The translations under genes and the position numbers were made by a program. From contig JAEERW010000001.1 in the NCBI GenBank assembly GCA_016286055.1, forward strand, positions 324,189 through 388,188: a stretch of DNA of 64,000 bases. The letters are read 5' to 3'. This stretch comes from Bacteroidales bacterium. Lineage in GTDB: Bacteria; Bacteroidota; Bacteroidia; Bacteroidales; UBA3824. The notes below the pieces were generated by a model. The model was not told the origin of the DNA. It searched no databases and worked only from the letters and a program-made list of their open reading frames with translations. This document shows positions 18,357 through 26,909 of this stretch, in pieces; within the stretch, counting starts at the first letter, position 1; each line of letters starts with the position of its first letter.

Positions 18357-19571
18357 ATGTTTTGGGATTTTATATATCAAAATTACGTCTACATACTGAT
18401 GCCCGTTATCAGCGGACTTATCGGTTGGATTACCAATGTGTTAGCGGTAAAAATGACGTTTTATCCCATCGACTATTTTGGCATTCGTCCCTTTGGTTGG
18501 CAAGGCATTATCCCCTCCAAAACCACTCAGATGGCAGAAAAATCTGTTGACCTTCTTACCCGCGACCTTTTTAAAACTTCGGAAGTGTTTGCCAGAATCG
18601 ACACCAAACAAGTTACCGAAATTTGCAGCGACGATCTAAAAAAACTCTGCGGCAAGATTACTTCTAAGGTGATGCAATCGCGTTTGCCTCTTGTGTGGAG
18701 TATTTCGGGTAATAAAATCAAAAGCACTGTAAGTCAGGTGATTGAAACCGCGATGCCTTCTGCCGTTCAACACTCTATGCAGAGCATAAAAGATAATGTT
18801 GACGATATTATCGACCTGAAAAAAATCACCATCGACACATTAAAAGAGGATAAAACGCTGATTAATAAGATATTCCTCGACCTTGGCGGTAAGCAATTCC
18901 GCTTTATCGAAACATCGGGATTGTTTCTTGGTGCGTTTTTCGGTATAGGTCAGATTTTTACAAGTGCCTACACATCGCATTGGCTGATGTTTTTGCTTTA
19001 TGGTATTTTTATCGGTTATATTACTAACTATTTGGCTATCAAATTGATATTTGAACCTGCCGAACCTGTATATATTGGTCCGTTTGTGCTTTGGGGATTG
19101 TTTCTCAAACGTCAAAAAGAGGAGTCGTTTCGTTATGCGCAGATCATTTCTGAGCGTATTCTCACAATCGACAATCTGTTCGACACCATTTTTCGCAAAG
19201 ACAATCCACGGGTTAAGGAAATACTTGGTCGCGAGATTTCATCTGCCGTAGACCGCGTTATGGAGCGTATGCCCGTGCCTGTGCGCATTCTTATGCCCGA
19301 CGAAAAAATCCGCGAAATCAAAAGCGTGGCACTTTTTGAACTTATGTGCGAAATGCCGCTTTATATCCGTGCAGTGTTCCCCTACGCCGAAAAAGCCCTT
19401 GATATTCAGAATACTATCGGCAACAAAATGGCATCGTTGCCACCCAAAAAGTTTATCGGTTTTTTGCGTCCTGCATTTGAGCAAGACGAGTGGAAACTTA
19501 TTGCCGTAGGTGCTGTGCTTGGCGGTGCTGCGGGTGTTATTCAGTATTTTATTTCCATATTACAATGTTAA
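18357..19571 (+). CDS. DUF445 family membrane protein
   Basis: ATG at 18357 ('MFWDF...'). 'GWITNVLAVKMTFYP' and 'GYITNYLAIKLIFEP' paired motifs are typical of DUF445/YheB-like proteins. Confidence 0.6.
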   Translation: MFWDFIYQNYVYILMPVISGLIGWITNVLAVKMTFYPIDYFGIRPFGWQGIIPSKTTQMAEKSVDLLTRDLFKTSEVFARIDTKQVTEICSDDLKKLCGKITSKVMQSRLPLVWSISGNKIKSTVSQVIETAMPSAVQHSMQSIKDNVDDIIDLKKITIDTLKEDKTLINKIFLDLGGKQFRFIETSGLFLGAFFGIGQIFTSAYTSHWLMFLLYGIFIGYITNYLAIKLIFEPAEPVYIGPFVLWGLFLKRQKEESFRYAQIISERILTIDNLFDTIFRKDNPRVKEILGREISSAVDRVMERMPVPVRILMPDEKIREIKSVALFELMCEMPLYIRAVFPYAEKALDIQNTIGNKMASLPPKKFIGFLRPAFEQDEWKLIAVGAVLGGAAGVIQYFISILQC

Positions 19572-21199
19572 AACATATATTCACTTTAATCTTTTTAATT
19601 TCAGCGGTTTATGCGTATCCTCAATTGCAAAAAGAACCGCGTATTGTTGTGGGCATAGTAATCGACCAAATGCGTTACGACTGCCTATATCGCTATGGAC
19701 GTCATATGGGCGAAAATGGTTTTAAACGCCTTATCAGCGGCGGAACTAACTGTACCAACGCTCATTACGAATATCTTGTTACCGAATCAGCCCCCGGTTT
19801 TGCCACTATCTACACCGGCGCAAACCCTTGTAGCCACGGAATTATTGCAAATTCGTGGTATCAGCGTCTCGACCGCAAAGTGCAAACCGCAGTAGGCGAC
19901 AAAAACTACACTGCCATAGGTGGTTCGAGCAGCACAGGTGCGTCGTCGCCATTGCAATTGCGAGGCACAACTCTCGGCGACGAGATGAAACTTGCCACTT
20001 TTAAGCGTAGCAAGGTGATTTCTGTTTCGCTAAACCATCGCAGCGCAATTCTTTCGGCGGGACGTCTTGCCGATGGAGTGTATTGGTTAGACGATAGTAC
20101 GGGTAATTTTATCACAAATTCTTATTACACAGGTGTTTTGCCGCAGTGGGTAATGGATTTTAACAATAAAAAACTGCCCGACGAATATATCTACAAAGGT
20201 TGGTACACTATCAAAAGTATCAAGCAATATATCGAGAGTCTTCCCGACAACAGCGTTTACGAGATTGGCGTGGGCGGACAAACCACCTTTCCGTACAACC
20301 TCGACAAGTTGAAACAAAATATGGGTTACGCCGTAATGCGCTACACACCTCACGGCAACAGCCTTACCACAGAGTTTGCCTTGCAAGCCATTGAAAGCGA
20401 GAACCTTGGCGGCGATGAGTTCCCTGACCTTCTTTTGATTAATTACGCCGTGCCGGGTTATGTGAGCGACGCTTACGGAATTCGTTCCATTGAGTTGGAG
20501 GATGTGTATCTGCGTCTCGACACCGAGATTGCCAAAGTGCTCGAAAAACTCGACAAGTACATTGGGCACGACGATTATGTGGTGTTTCTCACCGCTGACC
20601 GTGGCTCGTCAGACTGTCCCACGTTTCTAAACGAAATAGGAATCCCTGGCAACCAAATCAACTGCAACAGCAATGTGGCTGTGCTAAATTCTTATCTGAG
20701 TGCGCTTTACGGACAGGCAAAATGGATCGACCGTTATCACCGTCGCAATATTTATCTGAATCAAACCGTGATAGAGAGTAAAAAACTCAAACTGTCGGAA
20801 GTGCAGAATATGGCGGCGCAGTTGATGATGGAGTTTTCGGGTATCGACAACGCTATGCCCGCATCGTCGTTTCTTACAAGCAATTACACAAGCGGCATTT
20901 GGCAGCAGGCTCAAAACTCGTTTTGCAGCGACAAGTCGGGCGACATTGTTCTCAACTTTGCTCCGGGATGGCAAGAGGTAACCGAAACATCGCAAGATTA
21001 TTCGGTTTCGGCTCAAAATTCGCCCTACAACCACGATACGCACGTTCCCTTGGTATTCTTTGGTAAAAATATCCGCCGCAAAACCGTCAACCGCCGCATC
21101 AGCATCACCGACATTACGCCAACTCTTGCCACGCTCCTAAGTATTTGTGCACCTGATTATTGCTCTGGCAAAACGATAAACGAGGTGATGGAATATTAG
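19565..21199 (+). CDS. alkaline phosphatase superfamily protein (nucleotide pyrophosphatase/phosphodiesterase-like)
   Basis: ATG at 19565 gives a signal peptide. 'VVGIVIDQMRYD' metal-site motif, 'PGFATIYTG', 'SGDIVL'. 7-nt overlap with the upstream gene. Confidence 0.75.
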   Translation: MLKHIFTLIFLISAVYAYPQLQKEPRIVVGIVIDQMRYDCLYRYGRHMGENGFKRLISGGTNCTNAHYEYLVTESAPGFATIYTGANPCSHGIIANSWYQRLDRKVQTAVGDKNYTAIGGSSSTGASSPLQLRGTTLGDEMKLATFKRSKVISVSLNHRSAILSAGRLADGVYWLDDSTGNFITNSYYTGVLPQWVMDFNNKKLPDEYIYKGWYTIKSIKQYIESLPDNSVYEIGVGGQTTFPYNLDKLKQNMGYAVMRYTPHGNSLTTEFALQAIESENLGGDEFPDLLLINYAVPGYVSDAYGIRSIELEDVYLRLDTEIAKVLEKLDKYIGHDDYVVFLTADRGSSDCPTFLNEIGIPGNQINCNSNVAVLNSYLSALYGQAKWIDRYHRRNIYLNQTVIESKKLKLSEVQNMAAQLMMEFSGIDNAMPASSFLTSNYTSGIWQQAQNSFCSDKSGDIVLNFAPGWQEVTETSQDYSVSAQNSPYNHDTHVPLVFFGKNIRRKTVNRRISITDITPTLATLLSICAPDYCSGKTINEVMEY

Positions 21200-21227
21200 T
21201 TTATTTTGATTTTATTAGATAATATTT

Positions 21228-21235
21228 TATCTTTG
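21228..21235 (+). promoter_or_regulatory. -7 box TAtcTTTG upstream of higB
   Basis: Exact match 8 nt before ATG 21244 (near-leaderless). Confidence 0.4.
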
Positions 21236-21243
21236 CGATTGTA

Positions 21244-21543
21244 ATGAGAGTAGTATCACATAGAAAACTGGTTGAGTTTTACAGTTCGGGTGGGCACGGA
21301 GATGCTAAGTTACCTCTTGAACAATGGTACGATGTTGCTGAGAATACTCTTTGGCAAAATCTCTCTGATATAAAAAAAGATTATCCGGCAACAGACTATG
21401 TAGGAAACCAACATTATGTATTTAATATTAAAGGTAACAAATATAGGCTTGTTGTCGTTGTTAAGTTTACGATAGGTCATATTTTTATACGTTTTGTGGG
21501 TACACACGCTGAGTATGATAAAATAGATGTTTCAAACATATAA
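21244..21543 (+). CDS. higB: type II toxin-antitoxin system HigB-family toxin (mRNA interferase)
   Basis: 99-aa ORF. 'MRVVSHRKLVEF', 'FNIKGNKYRLVVVVKF...IFIRFVGTHAEYDKI' matches the HigB family as I remember it. TAtcTTTG box at 21228-21235. Confidence 0.8.
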   Translation: MRVVSHRKLVEFYSSGGHGDAKLPLEQWYDVAENTLWQNLSDIKKDYPATDYVGNQHYVFNIKGNKYRLVVVVKFTIGHIFIRFVGTHAEYDKIDVSNI

Positions 21544-21553
21544 ACCAAGAGTT

Positions 21554-21775
21554 ATGAAGATTACAAAGAAAATATATGAGTTTGCCTTAGATCGGATAGA
21601 GCACCTTCTGCCTTTGGTTGACGACAATACTCCACCCGACGACAATAACGCTATTGAACTAATGATAATGTCTGATATCGTTGTGTCTTATGAAAAAGAA
21701 CATTATCCGATAGCAAAGCCCTCACCTGTGATATTCCATCAGACTCGTCAGTCTGTGACAGGTGCTCAACTATAA
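21554..21775 (+). CDS. higA: HigA-family antitoxin, N-terminal part only (HTH domain missing; probable truncation)
   Basis: 73 aa from ATG 21554. 'YEFALDRIEHLL...NAIELMIMSDIVVSYEKEHYPIAKPSP' resembles the N-terminal domain of HigB-associated HigA. The frame then ends after 15 unrelated residues, where the Xre-type HTH should follow. Confidence 0.5.
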   Translation: MKITKKIYEFALDRIEHLLPLVDDNTPPDDNNAIELMIMSDIVVSYEKEHYPIAKPSPVIFHQTRQSVTGAQL

Positions 21776-21808
21776 ACACCTAATAAAAAGGACTGATCTT
21801 CATTCACT

Positions 21809-23749
21809 ATGCAACGCTTTATATATATCACCTTGCTAATATCGGCACTATTTGCCGCCATTCCAGCCTCCGCGCAGTACACGTCGTCAAACAAAAAAGC
21901 CATTCAGACCTTTGAACAGGCTATGAGTCGCTATCAGGCTGAGGAACTTGATGCTGCTAACGAACTTGCCGACAAGGCTTTGAAGTTGGATGCCAAATTT
22001 TTGGAGGCTCTTTGGCTCAAAGCCGACATTGCCCACAAACGTAAGGATTTTGCCAACGAGGTAACGGTGCTGAAACAGGCTCTCAATCTGCAACCTAAGG
22101 ACGAAAACACGATTCTTGCTCTTGGCGATGCATTCTTTTTTGATTACAAAAACGATTCGGCTTTGGTATATTATAAAAAAGTATTACAATTGCCGCGCAT
22201 TACCGAGGTAAACCGAAACCGCGTGATGAAAAATATGGCAAATGCCGAATTCCGTATTTATGCTCTTTCGCATCCATTAGATATTAACCCAAAACATCTT
22301 GGTAATAAGGTAAATACAGTTTACAACGATTATTTTCCTGCGCTTTCTGCCAATGGTCAAACGCTTGTTTATACCATTGAATTGCCGCAAACCAAAAATA
22401 ATCCCTTATTGCCTTATACTCAGGAAGATATTTATATTACCAATCGTGCTGCCGACACTCTTCCGTGGCAACAAGCAAGGAGCATCGGCGCGGCTGTTAA
22501 CACTATGAACAACGAGGGTGCGCCATATATAACTGCCGATGGATCAAAACTTTTGTATACAAGTTGCACTTGTCCCGACGGCTTGATTCGCTGTTGCGAT
22601 ATTTATTATGTGGAACTTGACCAAGCACCTTATTTCGGACTTCCAAAAAAGTTTTCGTCGCCCATAAATTCCGATTATTGGGAATCGCAGCCCTGCCTTT
22701 CAGCCGACAACAATACCTTATATTTTGTTAGCAATCGCACAGGTGGTTTTGGTGGCAAAGATATTTGGTATTGCACCCGCAACGACAACGGCACTTGGAA
22801 CGGCCCATTCAACTGTGGACCTAAAATAAATACCTCTGGCAACGAAACTTCGCCATTTATTCACGCCGACAACCGCACTCTTTATTTCTGCACCGATGCC
22901 CGTGTGGGAATGGGCGGACAAGATATTTTTGTATCACATTTGAATAATGGCGAATGGAGCGAACCAGTCAACCTTGGTTACCCAATCAACACCCGCTACG
23001 ACGAGGCTCGACTTGCAATTTCGGTACTTGGAAACACTGCCATAATAGCCTCTAACCGCGATACAGCCGCAAACCGTAGTCTTGATTTGTACGAAATTTC
23101 GCTTCCTCCGCAGATTCGTCCCTCGCGAACAATTTTTGTAGAAGGCACTGTTTACGACAAGGCTAATGGCAATCCGTTGAAATCGCAGTTTCAGTTGGTT
23201 AACATCTCCACTGGCGACACTCTCCAAACTGCATCTACCGAACCAAAATATAATAATATTTTATTATATCTACCAATGGGCAACGATTATGCGCTCAATG
23301 TTTCGTCGGATGGCTATATGATGGATTCTAAGAATTTCAGTCTCAAAAACTTAGATAGCAAAGTGGAGAAAATCACGCTTGATATTCCGCTCGAAAAAAT
23401 CGCCACTGGCACCACCATTGTGCTCAACAATATTTTCTTTGAAACTGACAAATATAATCTTCGCCGCGAATCGGATTACGAACTTGGCAAACTCGTTAAG
23501 TTTCTCAACGACAATCCAAAAATAAAGGTAGAGATTGGCGGACACACCGACAACACCGGCACTGAAACCCACAACAAGCAACTGAGTCAAAACCGTGCCG
23601 CCGCCATTGTCAACTATCTTGTTTCGCACGGCATCCCCTCTGCCCGCCTCAGCAGCAAAGGTTACGGCTCATCGCAACCCGCCGTTGATAACGACACCCC
23701 CGAAAACAGGGCTAAGAACCGAAGAACAGAGGTGAAGGTGGTGGAGTGA
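21809..23749 (+). CDS. OmpA-family protein with TPR, TolB-like beta-propeller and carboxypeptidase-regulatory-like domains
   Basis: Signal peptide, TPR-like N-terminus, repeated 'E..P..S.DG..L(Y/F)F.S.R.GG.GG.D(I/L)' propeller blades, and C-terminal OmpA motif 'NIFFETDKYNL...GHTDNTG...NRRTEVKV'. Confidence 0.85.
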   Translation: MQRFIYITLLISALFAAIPASAQYTSSNKKAIQTFEQAMSRYQAEELDAANELADKALKLDAKFLEALWLKADIAHKRKDFANEVTVLKQALNLQPKDENTILALGDAFFFDYKNDSALVYYKKVLQLPRITEVNRNRVMKNMANAEFRIYALSHPLDINPKHLGNKVNTVYNDYFPALSANGQTLVYTIELPQTKNNPLLPYTQEDIYITNRAADTLPWQQARSIGAAVNTMNNEGAPYITADGSKLLYTSCTCPDGLIRCCDIYYVELDQAPYFGLPKKFSSPINSDYWESQPCLSADNNTLYFVSNRTGGFGGKDIWYCTRNDNGTWNGPFNCGPKINTSGNETSPFIHADNRTLYFCTDARVGMGGQDIFVSHLNNGEWSEPVNLGYPINTRYDEARLAISVLGNTAIIASNRDTAANRSLDLYEISLPPQIRPSRTIFVEGTVYDKANGNPLKSQFQLVNISTGDTLQTASTEPKYNNILLYLPMGNDYALNVSSDGYMMDSKNFSLKNLDSKVEKITLDIPLEKIATGTTIVLNNIFFETDKYNLRRESDYELGKLVKFLNDNPKIKVEIGGHTDNTGTETHNKQLSQNRAAAIVNYLVSHGIPSARLSSKGYGSSQPAVDNDTPENRAKNRRTEVKVVE

Positions 23750-23758
23750 GGGGGGTGA

Positions 23759-25078
23759 TTATCTCACAATATTACCCGCTGCATACAGCGGATACACCTT
23801 TATGTTATCGTATTCGCAGAAATTTTCGAGCGAGGTACGGATTCCGAACGGAGAGTGTTTTTGTTCCATAAAGATTCTCAAACTCTGCATTTTGCCCGAC
23901 TTACCTGTTTTTACTTCCACAGGCCATATTTGATTGTGACGCTGCACTAGGTAGTCGATTTCAGCATCGCTTCCTTTTTTGTCGCGGTGCCAACAATAAA
24001 GTGCGGCAGGATAATCGGCGGGCATATTTTTTACAAATTCACAGCCCACAAACACCTCAGCCAGAGACCCTTTGTTGATAAAAGATATGTCGTTTTCAAG
24101 TATTATGTCGCTAAGGTCGAGGTTGAGAACCCGTTGCAAAAGTCCTGTGTCAAACAATATCATTCTGCGGTATCGTTCGTCGGTTTCGGCACCGAGAGGA
24201 ATTCTGTTGGCAGCGGTGTGCGTAACAGGATATACCAAGCCTGCGAGTATTAAGGTTTGCAATGCTGCCTGTGCCTGTTCAGAGCGTATACCTTCAATTT
24301 TGGAATACATAAATTTGCCTTGTGATTGCGCCGCTACTGACATAAACACGGCATCGATTCTCGAAGAGGGAATGCGTCGCCGATATTTTGCAAAATCGTC
24401 TCTAAATGATGCTATTAGTTCGCCAAGCAGTTTCTGACAATTGGTCAGCGATGCAGTTTCGGCATATTTTTTAACAACGGCAGGCATCCCGCCGATTATC
24501 ATAAAAGTGCGCAACAATTCTAAAAGACGGTTATGCACAATGTCGGACAATGGCGATGATGGTGAGGCAGAATCTATTGCAGCGGCAAGTGTCATATTGT
24601 TAGTGGCTTCGAGAAATTCTGAAAAACAAAACGGATACATATATAGTGAGTGAATACGTCCAACGCCAAACGATGGAAGTTCTTCAAGAGCGAATTCCAA
24701 AAGCGAACCAGCGGCTATTACGTGCAGTTCGGGAAATTGTTCGTAAAAATATCTCAAACAGCCAATCGCTGCTGGGCAATCTTGAATTTCGTCGATAAAA
24801 AAGAGCGTCTTGCCAGGTTTGAAAGTGCAGCCTTCAAGCATCGCTATCTCCTCGCAGAGTTGCTGAGGAGTTCGCATTTTGTTGAATAAAGGATGTAGAT
24901 CTTGCCGTAGATGAAGGTCTATCTCTACATAGTTTTCAAACTTTCTGCCGAGATTTCGCACTGCCGACGTCTTTCCCACCTGCCTTGCTCCACGTAACAA
25001 AATTGGCTTGTGTTCTGCCGAATTTTTCCACTCGGTAAGAGCGGTGTCTATATTCCGTTTTAAATAATTGTTTTTCAT
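23759..25078 (-). CDS. AAA+ ATPase with C-terminal DUF4143 (restriction-endonuclease-like) domain
   Basis: Walker A 'GARQVGKT', Walker B 'LFFIDEIQ'. The C-terminal 'EIDYLV...WPVEVK' is typical of the COG1373/DUF4143 family. Confidence 0.8.
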   Translation of the reverse strand: MKNNYLKRNIDTALTEWKNSAEHKPILLRGARQVGKTSAVRNLGRKFENYVEIDLHLRQDLHPLFNKMRTPQQLCEEIAMLEGCTFKPGKTLFFIDEIQDCPAAIGCLRYFYEQFPELHVIAAGSLLEFALEELPSFGVGRIHSLYMYPFCFSEFLEATNNMTLAAAIDSASPSSPLSDIVHNRLLELLRTFMIIGGMPAVVKKYAETASLTNCQKLLGELIASFRDDFAKYRRRIPSSRIDAVFMSVAAQSQGKFMYSKIEGIRSEQAQAALQTLILAGLVYPVTHTAANRIPLGAETDERYRRMILFDTGLLQRVLNLDLSDIILENDISFINKGSLAEVFVGCEFVKNMPADYPAALYCWHRDKKGSDAEIDYLVQRHNQIWPVEVKTGKSGKMQSLRIFMEQKHSPFGIRTSLENFCEYDNIKVYPLYAAGNIVR

Positions 25079-25101
25079 ACTATTAATGTTTTTCTACATT
25101 G

Positions 25102-25109
25102 CAAATATA
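25102..25109 (-). promoter_or_regulatory. -7 box TAtaTTTG upstream of the DUF4143 ATPase gene
   Basis: caaatata on plus, 24 nt upstream of the ATG at 25078. The three 33-bp repeats begin 10 nt further upstream. Confidence 0.4.
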
Positions 25110-25203
25110 ATAAAAATCCGTAAAAATTGGCACCGAATTTTATTAAAAAAACGTAAAAATTGGCACCGAGATTTGAATGGAAAGCGTAAAAATTGGCACC
25201 AAG
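25105..25203. repeat. 3 x 33-bp tandem direct repeat with invariant 16-nt core cgtaaaaattggcacc
   Basis: Cores at 25119-25134, 25152-25167 and 25185-25200, exactly 33 bp apart. Flanks are partly conserved. Confidence 0.9.
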
Positions 25204-25406
25204 ATTTGCCACCATTTGTACCGAATAATCCACCATCTAAAATCTGATTTTTGCTAATTTTGTTTAATTGCCTGTTTTATAGATATTTGACCTATTATTT
25301 TTACACTTTTTCGGACTTATGATTATTATGTCAAAAAAAGCCCCTTTACAATACCTTGTAGAACCGATTTGTCGAAAATCGCAAAATGTTTGGGTTTTCC
25401 TAAAAA

Positions 25407-25467
25407 CTGCGGTTTACATTCCGCAATTTTTTGTAAAATCTGCGGTTTGCATTCCGCAGTTTTTTTT
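25407..25467. repeat. 2 x 33-bp tandem repeat, each unit a 20-bp palindrome CTGCGGttTGCAttCCGCAG followed by a T-run
   Basis: ctgcggtttacattccgcaa at 25407-25426 and ctgcggtttgcattccgcag at 25440-25459. A third tgcgg half-site at 25473-25477 overlaps the -7 box. Confidence 0.9.
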
Positions 25468-25474
25468 ATATTTG
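25467..25474 (+). promoter_or_regulatory. -7 box TAtaTTTG upstream of the trpB-like gene
   Basis: Exact match 42 nt before ATG 25517, immediately after the second palindromic repeat. Confidence 0.45.
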
Positions 25475-25516
25475 CGGCGTAACAATAATTGTAATTTTTT
25501 AACATATACACTAATT

Positions 25517-26881
25517 ATGGAAAGTCAAAAACGTTTTTTCCTTCAAGAGAAGGACATTCCTACTCAATGGTATAATATAGTGGCTGATATGAAAACCAAG
25601 CCGCTGCCTATGCTCAACCCCGGCACTCGTAAGCCTATCACAGTGGACGAACTTTCGGCGCTCTTTGCCCGTGCTTGCTCCGAACAGGAATTAGACTCTA
25701 CTCACGCTTGGATTGATATTCCCGAAGAGGTGCGAGATCAATACAAAAATTACCGCTCAACTCCTCTTGTGCGTGCTTACGGATTAGAAAAGGCTTTGGA
25801 CACTCCCGCTCATATCTATTTTAAAAACGAGAGCGTTAGTCCCGTGGGAAGCCACAAACTCAATTCGGCTCTTGCTCAGGCTTATTACTGCAAAAAAGAG
25901 GGCGTTACCAATATCACCACCGAAACCGGCGCAGGTCAGTGGGGTGCGGCTCTGTCGTATGCCGCCAAGGTGTTTGGCCTTGAACTCGCTGTTTTTATGG
26001 TAAAAATCAGTTACAACCAAAAGCCCTACCGTCGCTTAATTATGCAGACCTATGGTGCTCAGGTGGTGGCTTCGCCAAGTATGGGAACCCGTGCAGGTAA
26101 GGACATTATCACTGCTAATCCCAACTATCAGGGAAGTCTCGGTACTGCAATTTCGGAGGCTGTGGAACTTGCTATGCAGACTCCCAACTGCAAGTATGTG
26201 CTCGGTAGCGTATTGAACCACGTTTCGCTGCATCAAACAGTTATCGGTCTCGAAGCCGAAAAACAGATGGCTATGGCTGGCGAATATCCCGACATTGTGG
26301 TGGGATGCTTTGGCGGTGGTAGCAATTTCAGCGGAATCTCGTTCCCCTTTATGCGTCACAATATTCTCGACGGCAAGACAACCGAGTTTATCGCTGCCGA
26401 ACCTGCTGCTTGTCCCAAATTGACCCGCGGCGTGTTCCAATACGATTTTGGCGATGAGGTTGGCTATACTCCTCTGCTGCCGATGTTTACCCTTGGACAC
26501 GATTTTGCTCCGGCTCATATTCACGCTGGCGGACTTCGTTACCACGGCGCAGGCACAATCGTAAGTCAGTTGCTCAAAGACGGTTATATGAAAGGCGTTG
26601 ACATTCCTCAGTTGGAATCGTTCCAAGCCGCAAGTCTTTTTGCACAGGCTGAGGGCATTATCCCCGCTCCCGAATCGGCTCACGCTATTGCTGCCACCAT
26701 TCGTCTTGCAAATCAATGCAAAGAAGAAGGTAAAGGCAAAACCATTTTGTTCAACCTATCAGGACACGGCCTTATCGATATGACCGCCTACGACCAATAC
26801 CTCTCAGGCGACCTTACCAATTTCATCCTTCCACAGGAAGAAATCGACAAGACCACTTCTAAACTTGAACATATTATTTAA
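25517..26881 (+). CDS. trpB: TrpB-like PLP-dependent enzyme (tryptophan synthase beta chain 2 type)
   Basis: ATG at 25517 ('MESQKRFF...'), 454 aa. PLP-lysine context 'SPVGSHKLNSA', 'GGGSNF' and the long N-terminal extension are typical of TrpB2. The upstream part of the track ORF runs through repeats and a promoter box. Confidence 0.88.
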   Translation: MESQKRFFLQEKDIPTQWYNIVADMKTKPLPMLNPGTRKPITVDELSALFARACSEQELDSTHAWIDIPEEVRDQYKNYRSTPLVRAYGLEKALDTPAHIYFKNESVSPVGSHKLNSALAQAYYCKKEGVTNITTETGAGQWGAALSYAAKVFGLELAVFMVKISYNQKPYRRLIMQTYGAQVVASPSMGTRAGKDIITANPNYQGSLGTAISEAVELAMQTPNCKYVLGSVLNHVSLHQTVIGLEAEKQMAMAGEYPDIVVGCFGGGSNFSGISFPFMRHNILDGKTTEFIAAEPAACPKLTRGVFQYDFGDEVGYTPLLPMFTLGHDFAPAHIHAGGLRYHGAGTIVSQLLKDGYMKGVDIPQLESFQAASLFAQAEGIIPAPESAHAIAATIRLANQCKEEGKGKTILFNLSGHGLIDMTAYDQYLSGDLTNFILPQEEIDKTTSKLEHII

Positions 26882-26909
26882 TTGATTAATATCTATTGAT
26901 TGTTTTCAA

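Noticed and set aside
25105-25467. Possible mini-CRISPR array (regularly spaced repeats, 33-bp period)
   Set aside because: There are only 3 and 2 copies of two different units with 16-20-bp cores. The 'spacers' are themselves related to one another, there are no cas genes, and the units sit in promoter regions. These are tandem duplications or operators, not CRISPR.
25319-25516. N-terminal 66-residue extension of the trpB-like ORF in the track
   Set aside because: It reads through the two palindromic repeats and the TAtaTTTG promoter box. The TrpB2 homology begins at MESQKRFF (ATG 25517).
26036-26716. 226-aa minus-strand ORF inside the trpB-like gene
   Set aside because: Antisense to a gene with unambiguous TrpB motifs. 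No motifs of its own.
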